Positions 49,385-62,910 of a stretch of DNA of 64,000 bases are shown in pieces (position 1 is the first letter of the stretch; each line of letters opens with the position of its first letter). The position numbers and the translations under genes are program-made. The notes below the pieces were generated by a model, which worked only from the letters and a program-made list of their open reading frames with translations, had not been told where the DNA came from and ran no database searches. This DNA is from Mizuhopecten yessoensis (taxonomy: Eukaryota): contig NW_018407322.1 of the NCBI RefSeq assembly GCF_002113885.1, positions 3,976 to 67,975 of the forward strand. Direction: 5' to 3'.

Positions 49385-52188
49385 TTATTGATAAATAAAG
49401 TGATGTAACTTATCACCCCAGATATACAATCTTTCAGTTGGTTTATTGGACAAACTAAAGTTCATTTATTTAATTTTTAATATACCTTCGTTATTGTTCT
49501 GTTGTCATAAACTCATTAAATAGCGCGCATTTGCTAGTAGTGTTTTTATGTTTTAAACTTTTAATTTTTTAACAATGATGTAGATTATATTGCGTTGGCG
49601 TCACTTATCTTAAAATTGGAAATGACTTTAAAACGATAAGATAAAATCAGACGACCCTTGCTATTGCATTGCTGCATGTTTTCCTCACTTAATTTTTATC
49701 GCCATATCGATGTTGCACTGTTAGAAAAGATAGAGTAATTGATAACCAAAATTATTCATTTTGAAGCTGCATTCACTGTATCTTACAATGGTGTGTTGAG
49801 GAAGCTTATTTTTCCGAAGTCTTACACGAATTATTCAAGTCACCGCTTGAGTCTTTGATGAGCTCATTATGGTCAAGATAATTCCGAGATTTATGTTTGA
49901 AATATCCCACAAGGACAACTTTAGAGTCGCCAATAGTTCATTTTCTATTTCAGTTAAAGGCTGGGGTGATATTGGGTCTCGGTGGGAATATTATCTATTG
50001 ACAGAGTTATCCTTTGAACATATTCAGATTCATTTTGAACCAAAATCTAATGACTCATGTTCTGGTTTGTAAACGATTTATATTATACAAGACTTCCTTA
50101 AAAAGTATTAGTATTTTAGCGTAAGAAGAATAGACATTGGGAATAACAGTACTGCTTTCAGCAGACGCAGTAATGTCACCTGTTTGAAGACCTTGGAATT
50201 TGGGCAGAATAAGCTCCTATTATGAATCACACACCGTAAGAACGAACTATACAAGTCAAACGTGTTTTAAAACATCATACATGGCGACATCCTTTAGCAG
50301 TGTACTACTACAGGAACTTCAGTCTTAAACACAATCTGGCAAATATTCGCATTATATCAGCTCCAGAACATTGCTAGTGCAGTGGAAAGGGCTCGTAAAG
50401 ATATGTGCACAGAAGAATCATGACAATGACATCAAGGACACTTTATTTAACTTTCATTTTCCCAGTATAGTAGTATGCTTCACCATTGTTACTCGTTAGC
50501 CTATCCCAATCAATGAGGTTTTCTAGATATATATCGATAACCTTCTTTGCTATTGTAACCGAAAGCTTCAAATTACGTTGCAGAAATTCTACGATCGCTG
50601 GGACCTAATTTTCAATCTGAGATGTCGACATGTTTATTTTTTATTTTTGTGGTGACCAACATACTTTTCTTAATTAGAGGAGACATGATGGATGTGTTGC
50701 AGGAAACTCGTTATCCTAGTTTTGTCTCCAATTTCTATGAGGTTCTATATCTGTTCTGAATTTTAGTCATTGTGTTGATACATTGGAGTTATATTCAAGA
50801 AGCTTTTGTGGATACCGTATTTCATTAAATGATGTTAAGTGTTATCTCTTAAAACATAAAGATATCACATAGACATGGAGTATCATCTTACTAAGAAAGT
50901 TAAGAAATATGACATCGTTTATGATATTTTCAATACAATATTTTTTTCATAACACGATTCAAGTTTGACATTAATTTTAGGGTTTTTAGAAAAGCTTACG
51001 ATATGCCATATTAAATGTCTATTCACTCTTTGGGTATAGCCTGTTTAATTTTCAAAATTAATATTTCCCCTCGCCCCGATCCATATGGTGTCATTATTTT
51101 TGCTCATGTGACCGAAAAACATTGTACTGCACCTATAACGCCATGCTGATATTCAAGTTGATAGCTTATGAAACCAATGCTATTTGAGACATTTCAAAAT
51201 AGAGAATAAATTGTTTTTTCCTGTTTTAATTTCCAGATGGTCATTAGTTTATGTAAGACACAGAAGTGCAGCCAACACTACTGTACATAACAATTTGGCA
51301 ATCAATGTTTAGGGCCATATAGATATAGCACAGTTGAGAATATGCCAGCCGTTTAACATCAAGCTAGCTTTGGATACAGAACACTTGATTGGTGTTAATG
51401 AACTCCACTTGCCTCGAGTTGAGCATCATATGGTCTGAGTGGAAGTATAACAGTTTATGTGCTTAAATGGGAATACTGACCCCTACAACTTAACACCTAC
51501 ACATGGTATAGCACAAACAAACACATACCTTCTTACACAGGAAGGTAGAAAGGTGGATTTCTTGGCCAGAAGTGCTTCAGTCATACTGCTCTAACGTTGA
51601 TGATTATGTTATACACTGTATGTATAATTGTATACAATAATAATATTGAGACAGGAATTCAATTTTTTTCAAAAGGAACAAATTTTAATGACCTTATTTA
51701 CAGCATTTATATAATGGATAATTTAGGAAGTACATCGTCAGACCTCAAAGTTTCAATATCACAGTATGTTAATATCAACATAATATGACCAATCTGTCGA
51801 TTAATATCAAATGTAAAATTCAAAATAAATATGAAAAAATAAAGGAGACTAGTATCTGTATATTACATGTATATATATATATAACAACACAATTTCTCTC
51901 TTAAAATGAACACGGGTAAATTATACAAACACTACAGCATGCATTTAAACAATTGATTAAGTTTCATAAAGCTGTGTAAACGTCTAATTACATAATGCAC
52001 AACTGGCAAGGATATAAAGGAACAAATCAACAGTTATGATGTTTGTATCAAATATCAATATCAAAGGCGACATTGGAATATATATTACAATAATTAAGTC
52101 ACACTCTCTACCAAATTACCAAAATAGCAATTGGATGTTTAATAAGTTACTGAAATGAGTTTAAAGTTTGTTTGTGAATCTAAGACAA

Positions 52189-55100
52189 CTAGTCTTCAGA
52201 GTAATGACCTGAGCCTTGAAAATAACGCATAAGTTGTGCGTAGACCATGAACTCGACAGCATTCGAGGAGAAGCTACGGAGACAGATGGCCATACTGCCT
52301 CTGTAGAACACCCGAAGTCCCTCCTCTCTGTAACTCTGTAGTGCACAGTTAACATAGCCACTGAACTCTCCTCGGTAGTCAGCCTGGTATCGACTTTTCA
52401 CTACATCCACCGGCATAACCGATAGCCATGCGGCCACACCTGCCAGCCCTCCTCCCAACAGGTCAGCTACAATGCCCCGGGAGTCACACCAGCCCCTCTC
52501 CTTCATCTGTCCACTTATTAACATGTAGGTGAGACCATACACACCAAAACACGGAATATCTCGACACAAAGTTAGCCCTGCGCCCTTGTACAGCCCATGT
52601 GGGCCCTCTGTCCGACAGATATAGCGGGCACATTCCATTGGACCACGGAACATGGCACTCTCAACTGATGCTGTAACAACTGTAACAGACAACATTACAA
52701 ATAATCCTTATTGTATATAATTTTAAGCTCAATCTGTTGGGTTTTTTTATATACAATTCAGCATTTGACAAATAAGAGCACCAATTACCTCCCTTGGTAT
52801 GTTAAATCTCAGTTCTAAACAAATAGTGTCTCATTAGTCTCATTATGCCTTTTTAAAATAGACACTTATTTAAATGACATAAAAATGACACAAAATTTTA
52901 GTGCAAGTGCTCATTTTGAATTTTAATGTAAATTATCTGAATCCACATACAAAATATCCTTTGCAAAGATTGGAAGGAAAATATATCACTGTTTATATTT
53001 TTTACTGTCATATGCTCTATCAAAAATACTTTTTAACTCATTTACCCCTGAAATTTCATAATGATCTATTCCAACCTTTTAATTGGAAGAGTTCAAATGT
53101 GTCTTCAGGGGTGAATGAGTTAAGTATCATCTCTGTAATCATAAACAAAAAGCTTATTTTTCCTCTATGACCTTGTCTACATCTAAATACTAGTCCTGTC
53201 TATTAATTGGGCTACAACAAAATACTGAACTGTCTTAGTGGTCAAGCTTCTCACCTTTGCTTGAATGGACGTCATGTCTGATCTGGGATTGTAGGATTAC
53301 TTTGATATAGTCTATGGGCATGACCACCAGGCACTGTGCTGCTCCTCCCAAACAACTGGCTAACAATATCTTGCTGTATGCCTTCTTCCGTTTCTCTCTG
53401 TTGGGCTCTAGGGACTTCAGCATATTTCCATACACACCGAAAAATATGGAGTTTGTCACTCCGACTGTGATCAGAGGCCATGACATGCCCCTGTAAAACC
53501 CACTGATCTGTATAAAATAAAAGTACATTGTAGTATGTCTTTAACAAGTGTAACAATAATGACATGTGAAATCAGATAGATGAGTGTCATATCACATCTA
53601 AGAATGAAAACTGACTCTGTATTTAAACTATCAAGTTTTCACTTTTGTGAAGACCATGCTTTACCAAAGGATGAATCCCATCAATGATTAAGTTTTAAGG
53701 AAGGAGTACGGTAACAGGGATTTTCTAGACAAACCATATCCTCAGTATGGAATTTCTGTTGTAGGGTTAGGGTAACAGTTTTGGACAGTTCTCACCCCAG
53801 TAAGTAAGGGGAGGAGGGGGGGCGCTTCTGTGCAGTCCTCGCCTCAATCTGAACTATGGGTAGGATAGTAGGATAACAAAATTGTTTCTGGTTAGTCCCC
53901 AAATTTGCCCAGCCTTACCACTACATGTACTACTTCCATTTATTTCAACAAATTTTATCCACAAAAGGACTGGACAACAAGCAAGTTTCTTTCCTTATCT
54001 ATACATATTATATTTAATGATGCAAGGGGAATAACTCCCATAGAAGATCACAAGATACAAGAAGCTTTATTTAGGTTCGTATATGACATAACATTGAACA
54101 TTAGCTGTGTGGAGCTATTTTTACGACAAACATAAGTATAAAAACAGAGTAATAACAAGGTAAAGTCATGCTAGAAGAAAAGGTAGGATTTTGCAGCAAA
54201 ACTATATACATTGAACTACTAAAATAATCAGAAAACAGTTTGATGATAGCACATGCATGTAAAAAGCAGGAACAGTACTAATTATAACATAAGCATAAAC
54301 ATAAAACATATCAGATTTTGCAAGCACATATTTCATATATATCACAGATGGTTAATACGGTACTTTATATTGGAAAATGATGGAATAAAATACTCCGATA
54401 AATTAAAGTAAAGTAAGAAGCAAAATAAAATTCTCAAATAATAAAGGGGGATCAGTAGATTGATTTTAAAACCATTACACAGCAATAACTCCATCAAACT
54501 ATCAGGGTTTCTGACTGCTCATCAACAATGAAAGGCTGTATCTTCATGAATTACTGCTGCATTCAAAGATCCTTTTCATCTCACGTGGTATTCATGCATT
54601 ATAAATTTGTGTAAAATGTACTTTAAGACCTACCCATTGTTGTTTATAGATGTGTGTAAAAGCGTCAGTGAAGCCTTTGTACCGGTTCCCATGCAGCTGT
54701 GTTTGAAGCTGTGTCTGAAATAGAAGGTAAATAAATGTTGAATTGTATGTCCATCGTGGTTTACAAGCTTTCAAAATCAGGTTCTGGTGCAACTAGAACT
54801 GTAAGCCAAAGGCTAACTAATACCCCCGCTGCTATATAAACCAGAACTGTAAGTTAAAGGCTAACTAATACCCCCGCTGCTATATAAACCAGACCTGTAA
54901 GTTAAAGGCTAACTAATACCCCCGCTGCTATATAAACCAGAACTGTAAGCTAAAGACTTACTAAGGCAAAGCATTGCAAAGCAGTACATATAGTCTCCCA
55001 CCAGTAACAAGTATTTCGCACATTTAAGGGGTATACCTCCATCACAAAGGGTCGAAATCCCTAATGAAAAACGCCAATGCACAACTACATACGATACCGA

Positions 55101-57685
55101 TCATTCATGCAAAGTTTCACTGAAATCCACCAGTTAGTTAAGGAGAAGTTTCGCGTACAAGTATTTTGCGCAAAGGGGCATAACTTAATCAAAAAGGGTT
55201 GAAATCCCAAATTAAAATGCCGGTGCACAACTACATAAGATACTGATTATTCATGCAAAGTTTCAATGAAATCCACCTGTTAATGAAGGAGGAGTTTTCA
55301 GGACAAGTTACTACAGACGATAGACAGACAGACAAACATGGTGATTCCAGTATACCCCCCCCCCCCTAATTTCGTTGGGGGGGTATAAAAACTGTTAAGA
55401 AGCTACAAGACATTATTTTCCTTATATCAATTTTAATAATCTTATTTAAGCATTCAACTCACTCACACTAAATATCTATATATTTAAGTGGATTTTGTTT
55501 CTTCTTTTTAGCTGCTGGGACATATGAAAAAGGAATTTACAACATAAGTCCAAGTTAAAAGTGTGGAATGCATATACATGCAACATACATTTTGCTACAC
55601 CTTCTACTCATAATTTGCTTATTTATGAAATGATAAAATGAACTACAAAGTCAGTATATATACATTTATAATGTACATATACAGCTTTTATCTCAGTTTT
55701 TTTAATCATATAATATGGCTTATGATAGTAATGTTTTCAGAACTTTTTCTGATGGAATACCACATGTCAGTCTCTGTCAACATTATCACTGCCTTATCAT
55801 GATCACCTCTTATTCCTGTCTTCATCAGTCAATAATCTATTTTTTTTAAATGTAGCGACTTGAATTACCCAAAAGTCTAGATAAATTGTAATTGGACAGC
55901 TAGGACAGAACTTCCTTTTATGATACATCTACATGATCAAAAATTTAAACAGCCCACACCTCATCCCCAAAAACGCACAAAGTATATTCTGAATTATGGA
56001 TTTTCCATTCTCTCACGTTAATTAATTAAACTGTGGATTCACTCAAAATCTGTCAAATCTATAAAAAAAAAATGTTCTTCGTTCTTTGTTGGTTTTTTTC
56101 TTCAAAATTACACTTACCTTTGTTGTGTCAAATGGGTACCCAACAGCATACCCAATGGATCCTATATAAAACATAAATTTGCATATTATCAAGTCTGATT
56201 GATCCAGTTCAGTTCCCCAACATAAATACTACACACTCATATATGTGACCCCATATCTGCCGATATACGTGTACAGGTCTTTGTAACCAGTAACAATTCA
56301 ATCTCTGATTGACTCGAGTTACTCAACTGTTTGCACACATACATGTATTGATTTTTAATTGTTAATAAGTTATCAATATCTAGATGGTTTGTGTAACCAC
56401 TGCCAAAACCTGTAAATTAAAGCTAAAGGATCACACTACATGTAGCTGCAATATATAAAGCATTTCTGAACAAAACCTAGCTAGCTATGGCATGCAGATC
56501 TTCTATAAAAAAAAATGAAATAGATGACAGTATATCAATCGTTTCTGTCCGTTCCTGTAAATCGTCGCCCGTTTCTGTCCGTTCCTGTAAATCGTCGCCC
56601 GTTCCTGCCCGATCCATATCAAAACAATACTCTTAATTCCTTGAAATTCTTTTATCAAATATATCTTATACCCGATAAAAAAATATATGATACTATAAAT
56701 GTAGGTTCATAAGTAATATCGACATAAATGTATATATATAATTTAGTCCGATTCTGCCACGATCATGTAATTGCAATCCTTTTACCAAATATACAATGTA
56801 TCCTGTACCCGATAATGATACTTAAATGTATCAGTAATCTAATATATATATTCATTAATGTATATAATAATAAATAGATTGCAGCCCGTTCCTGCCCGTT
56901 TCTGTCCGTTTCTGCTTGTTCCTGCCCGTTCCTGTAAATCGTCTAACCGTATCAACAAACAGTTTTTAGAATTAAACTGCAAATGAAAGGAGGACATGAG
57001 ATTGGAATTCTGAAAGTCTTTCACAATACAGTCACAGTCCTCACTCTACAGTTACCAACTAATTAAAAGCTTCCTTGTAAACAGTACTCAAAGTAAAGGG
57101 GAGGTAATTACTGTCTGTTTGAATCTACTAAAATTGACCACCTTCATCAAGCTGAAGATTAGTGAGAGGGCGCTAATGATATAAAGAAGCAGATAAAAAA
57201 GGACAAAAATAATCAAAGCACATTAACAAAGAGAGGGAATTGATGATGTTGAAGGCTGTAGTTACACTGAGGGAATTTATGTAAAAACTGATTACAAAGT
57301 GTTCCAATCAAACATTCTTATTGCAAATAAAGGGTTTTGACATGTCTGCAGTTGGGGAATCATTATAAATGATAATGATACAAAAAAGATGATACTGAGT
57401 AATAGCTACGAAACAACTGTGTAATAACATGTGTTTATGAAACCTATATGCCCACCGTCAGTATCGTATACTATACTTGTAAACAAATTATATAACTGCC
57501 CGAAAATGTTACGAAACCAAAACAAACACACACCGTGAGTGTGCACTGCCCGATTCCGACGTTAGAGACATCAATCACATGTCGCTCGGTACTCTAAAAT
57601 CATAATTGCATTCATAATGTAGCCACATGAAATTACCTCCAAAAGCTCCTGCAATATAATCGTGGATGGGACTTTCAACTGCCAT
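52189..57685 (-). CDS. mitochondrial carrier SLC25A45/A48-like paralogue D, ~302 aa
   Basis: Exons 57685-57637 (MAVESPIHDYIAGAFG), 56161-56118 (GSIGYAVGYPFDTTK), 54714-54634, 53507-53255, 52670-52189. GT-AG, phases 1,0,0,1, 909 nt open. Motifs PFDTTK, PIDYIK, RDIP, PVDVVKSRYQ. Confidence 0.9.
54791..55390 (+). mobile_element. non-autonomous Helentron-associated element (HINE / pearl-like)
   Basis: 5' AACTAGA...ATACCCCCG head (49-bp, 3 copies), two ~147-bp core repeats (ATTCATGCAAAGTTTCA..GAAATCC), a (GACA)n microsatellite, and a 3' hairpin TATACCCCC..GGGGGTATA. Confidence 0.75.
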
Positions 57686-57974
57686 CCATCGCTCAACCTA
57701 GCACCTCGTGGATGCACTCGTTAATCTGGAGTGACACGGTGAGTATTAAATCTTTAGCTATGCGTTTACTGCAAACGTTTGTGCGACCACGAAAATGCGG
57801 GAGTCTCAGACTTGCCCAAGTCCCTAATAAGACTAAATATGTCTTGACCGAAAAGTTCTTCAGTGAATAGGACATCTTTATTAAAAATGTCTGTGTTAAT
57901 TGATGAAGGCATGCTTATATAGACTGCTTTTTATCCTACCTGGTGAAATTTTCCATTTCATTTTGTTTAATTAA

Positions 57975-60122
57975 ATATTCACGTGCATCTTGGGATAAAA
58001 TAAAAGAAGATATCACCAAAACATCGAATAAATTAGATCACGACTACAAAAATGATGCAAATGTCAATGACCTCTGGAGAACATTTAACGAGGACCTGCG
58101 CAATGCTATGGACACCCACATACCATCAAAAGTTGCACGAACACGAAACAAACTACCATGGATGAAATCTAAAGAGCGGAAAATGATTAGGAAAAAAGAA
58201 AAACTTTACCAGCAGTCCAAAAGAACTAATAATTGGAAGAATTATAGACACCATCAAAGGGAATGCAAAAGAAACCTCAGGAGAGCAGAATGGGATTACA
58301 TTAACACCAACATTCTAAAAGGTCTCGAAAATAACAACAACAAACCGTTTTGGAAATATATCAAATCAAAAAAGCAAGACTCAATAGGAGTAGCCCCCCT
58401 AAAAAGCAAAGGTACTCTCATCAGTGACAGTCAGTCAAAGGCGGATATATTATTCCAACAACTTAAATTGGTATTCACCATCGACAAAGTCACCAACATA
58501 CCAGAAACAACAAAACGTGTACAGGAAACAATTCCGAAACTATACATAGATACAAACGTGTTGCAAAACTACTCAGGAACTTAAACATATCAAAAGCTTC
58601 AGGACCAGATGGAATACCAAACAGAATCCTCAAAGAAAGCGCGACAGAAAAATCATTAGGACCCACAAAAATATTTCAAAAATCACTCGACTCGGGAGAA
58701 CTTCCAGCAGACTGGAGAAATGCCAACATCTCATGCATATTTAAAAAGGGAGACAAACACTCTGCGGGAAACTATCGCCCAGTGTCACTAACATCAGTAC
58801 CCTGCAAACTTCTGGAACACATCATCTGTCGACACATGCTAAAACATCTTGAAAAACATAAAGTACTCACTAATCTAAATCACGGTTTCAGATCTGGTTA
58901 TTCCTGTGAGACACAATTACTCTTGACTATAAATGACGTCTTAAAAGCGCACGACAATGGGAACCAGTTGGATGTAGCAATACTAGACTTCTCCAAAGCA
59001 TTTGACACCGTGCCACACAAGAAACTCTTGCATAAAGTCGCACAGTACGGCGTGCGAGGACAAGTGAACAACTGGCTGACGTCATTCCTAACACAGAGTA
59101 AAATGAAGGTTGTACTGTACTTGAAGGCACAGCGTCACAGAAGGAACACTTCGCCTCCGGAGTACCCCAAGGTACGGTACTAGGACCACTCCTTTTCCTC
59201 TGCCACATAAATGACCTACCAGACTCAGTCAAATCACAAGTACGCCTTTTCGCCGACGACTGCCTTTTGTATCGACAAATCAAAACATTCAATGACCATA
59301 ACATCCTCCAAAATGACCTACAAAACATTGAATAAGAAAAAGTCATCAAAATTCTACAGTCTGAATAACCACATTTTGGAAGAGGTACAAAACAATCCAT
59401 ACCTAGGACTCCAGATATCAAACGACCTCAAATGGAGTACTCATATAAGCAACATCGCGAGAAAAGCGAGCTGAACTTTAGGCTTTTTGAGAAGAAATTT
59501 AAAACACTGACCAAAAGAGTGTAAGAAAACAGCATATATATCACTTGCTAGATCAATTCTGGACTATGGCAGTATTATTTGGGACCCTCATCTAAAATCA
59601 GACATTGAAAAACTAGAGAGAATACAAAGAAGAGCAGCTCGCCTAATTACTGGAAATTATAAAAGTCGGGATGAAGGATGTGTCACGGAAATGCTACAAC
59701 ACCTAAAACTGCCAACCCTACAAAACAGAAGGAAATCACAGCGACTAGTATTCATGTACAAAGTAGTTGGGTTAATACCAGCCCTACCCCCAGATCAGAT
59801 AATCCAGCACTCTGGAAGGGCGCGAAAAACAAACACAAAGCGTTATGAGTACTATGAAACATCAGCAACATTAAACAGGAACATTGTCAACAACTCAAGG
59901 TCATTTATCATCCCAGGATACAAACAGGAAGCATACAAGATCTCCTTCTTCATCAAAACACCGCTTGAGTGGAACCAACTGGATGATGTAGTAGTGTGCG
60001 CAGAAAGCGTAGAGGGATTTAGATCTGCCCTTTCAAAAATCCCCCAAGATAAGTAACATATTCTCTCTCCCGTCGTGTCACGCCATTATTGGTAACTACG
60101 ACGTATCCAATGTAAATGTAAA
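57975..60122 (+). mobile_element. 5'-truncated, frameshifted non-LTR retrotransposon (CR1/L2-group RT)
   Basis: [94 protein letters not shown]. Several frameshifts and stops. 3' stem CGTCGT..ACGACG and an (AATGTA)n tail. Confidence 0.92.
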
Positions 60123-60544
60123 TTATGGCATATTTGTATCGGCTAATGGCCATTCCTTCAAAATAGCTCATGATCAGCCTGATACTAGAAAATTGTCTCT
60201 TCTTGCTCTCGAAACAATGTTTTAATCCGGAATTAGAATGCTAATCAGTGGTATTATTTATTAAATAAGAGCTTTCTACTCTCAGTTCTATTGGGATTGA
60301 ATCGATTGATCCCATATATCCTCCAGTAAGAAAAAAAATCGAACTGGAGAAAGATCCCAAGAAGCTGGACCAGCTTATAAATTACTTTGACATGGAAACA
60401 AAAAGTGTGAATTCGATGCACAAGACTTCCGGAACCGATTGTATCACCATTTGACCGGATGTGGATTTGTTTACCAAGTGTTATTCTATACCCATATTTT
60501 TAGTAGGATTTTATTAGGAATTAAGATGGAGGCAGAATTTGTAT

Positions 60545-60580
60545 GCCTCTGCAGAGACGTATATACGTCTCTGGCCTCTG
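60545..60580. mobile_element. 22-bp perfect palindromic mini-insertion with a 7-bp target-site duplication
   Basis: GCCTCTG-CAGAGACGTATATACGTCTCTG-GCCTCTG. Confidence 0.7.
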
Positions 60581-61804
60581 TATCCAGGTAAAGTTCCGAG
60601 AGTTTAATTTTACTCGGACAAAAAATTGCATAACAAATAATAGACATATGTGATATATACATGAAGCGATCATTTTTGTAGATGGGTACATTCCATTATG
60701 TACGTATGTACCTCAGTAATATGTATATACCGCCGTCTTTGATCAATCCAATACCATGTCGTATTATGTGTATACAAATCTTTTAATCAACATTTAAAAA
60801 TGTCTTTGTACACCATAACAAAAATGCATATGTATAATTAGACGGTAACAGTACTGTTACAAGTCGTAACATTTATGAGCTCAGACTTTGTGACGCAGCA
60901 CATGTATATGCATTAAGTCAGTATCCCTAGCGTCAGCTACAATGACGTATAATTTAATTTTAGGTACATGTAACAATGAAATAATTTGCTCTACATGTAT
61001 CACGGTCATAATCTTTCATCATTTAAAGTTACGGATTTTATCCGTTTCAGATTTTATTTTTTAATAAAATGAATTTCGTCAGAGCCTGAATGCCCAGGAG
61101 CAAAAGTCAATATCGCCTGATCTGTTTACTTTAGTCTTTAATTATTTAATATTATGCTATTTCTCATTTCATTAGCATTTAAAACATATAACATCAGAAA
61201 GCCTGCAACATTCAATAATAAAATGGTACTCGTTTTCCAAAACATTTAAAAATCGACACACGGTTTTGGGACTATGTCTTCTGAGAAGTTAAGGAGAGAA
61301 GGGAGTAACAGAAAGTGAAAAACAAAATAAAAGCAAACCAAAAAAAATAGCAATTCCGTGTGTTCGTTTTTGTGCTAATTTCGGTCAAAGATACCAATTT
61401 TACAAAATATGTGATTTCTGATGATTTTCTTTACTTTGTTTGGTCGTATACAGAACAATTTAAAAAATACCTGCTTTTGCGGGATCAAAATTAAAAGAGC
61501 TTTACAATTTATAATTTAATACCAATATTGTATAATTGTCCACTTTTTCATTCAAAAGAAATCTAGATCAAAACGAGATTTGAATGTGTTTCAAACATTA
61601 TAAGAGTACAATCTTATGGCGTTGTGATGAAATTCTCAGCCTTGTCAATGCTATTCTAAATTGACGATTCTTTACAAGTATTCGAAATTACATGTGTATG
61701 CAAAACCGAGCTTGGGTTGACGCATATTCAACAATTATGAAACTTTTTTTACAACTTAATTTAATCACTATTGTTGGTCCGAATGGGAGCGCATGGGGAT
61801 ATTT

Positions 61805-61900
61805 ACTGTGGGAGGAAACCGGAGAAACCGGAGTAATAGAACGAACTTGTCTAGACTGTGATCTGTGATCGTATTTCCTTGCTGGACTACCAGCCGACAT
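61805..61900 (-). mobile_element. V-domain SINE relic
   Basis: GTGGGAGGAAACCGGAGAAACCGGAG is the reverse complement of the V-domain core. Confidence 0.4.
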
Positions 61901-62563
61901 ATCTCTTCTTGACTAGATCTATATAAATTCTATATATCCAAAATATGTGATGATCAATAACCATGGAATATTTGACTTAAAATCCTAGGAAATGGGATCA
62001 GTTTTCTTGTGGTTTAGAACAGCGTCTGTCGCCAATGACACCGGATGTGAGCATTCCAACGAAATAACCAGCGAACGAGATTTTATCATTACCGCAATTC
62101 TCCTAGTCAGCTAGCAAGAAGTGCCTGGTAATGACCCGGAAGTAAAACGTTTGAAATCGCAATCCTATCGGTAAACCAGAATACAGATTGTCCTTGACTA
62201 TAACGGTGCGAGCTAACGGTGCTCAGGACAAAAGTTACAATTAACAACAATTCTGAATAAGAATAATCAACCGCATTGTTACATGGCATATTGTTAAACA
62301 TTAAGTTGAAGTTAACAATGAAAAACGGCTACTTCGTTTGAATTAGATTTAAATTTTCATTCCATTCGTCTGACCAGTCTTCAATAACTGTTAAATCATG
62401 GTAAACTAAGTTTACAATGTATCTTGACATTCTTATACTTACAAAATTGTACTGATAGAAGTGTGTAACCTTACTAACATATTATCATGATGATATCCCC
62501 TTATGTAACTCTTCAGACTGGAGGTAATCAAATCAGAGTTTGTAAGGTGATAATACATGAACA

Positions 62564-62910
62564 TGATGTCAGAAAAAAAACATGGATAGATTAGAGCTGC
62601 CCGCGTCTCTGTCGTTGACAGGTAACGTAGCGGAAAATTGGAAACGTTTCGAACAGCGTTTTGAACTGTACCTTGAGGCTTCCGGCAAGACGGGAAAAGA
62701 TGAAAAACAGAAGGCATGTCTGCTTATTCACGTGATTGGTGAGGATGCACTTGAAATATACAATAACTTTGTGTTTGAAAACGATGATGACAATTATAAG
62801 CTGGATATTATCAAAGAGAAATTTGAAGCGTACTGTTCGCCAAAGAAAAATGTGACCTATGAACGTCATAAATTCTTCACATGTTTGCAGAAAACAGACG
62901 AAAATATAGT
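62564..62910 (+). mobile_element. Ty3/Gypsy LTR retrotransposon 5' fragment: primer-binding site and truncated gag
   Basis: ...ACA followed by TGATGTCAGAA (TGGTGTCAGAA-type PBS), then ORF 62582 LSLTGNVAENWKRFEQRFELYL...IGEDALEIYNNF...YCSPKKNVTYERHKF. Homology ends near 62910. Confidence 0.8.

Noticed and set aside
50515-50760. Possible second Penelope-like relic (RYID-like motif)
   Set aside because: Too short and degenerate to support.
56540-56945. Two clusters of CCGTTYCTG short repeats
   Set aside because: Probably a TE subterminal relic, but I could not define termini or a family.
58927-59421. 164-aa antisense ORF
   Set aside because: It is the shadow frame of the LINE reverse transcriptase.
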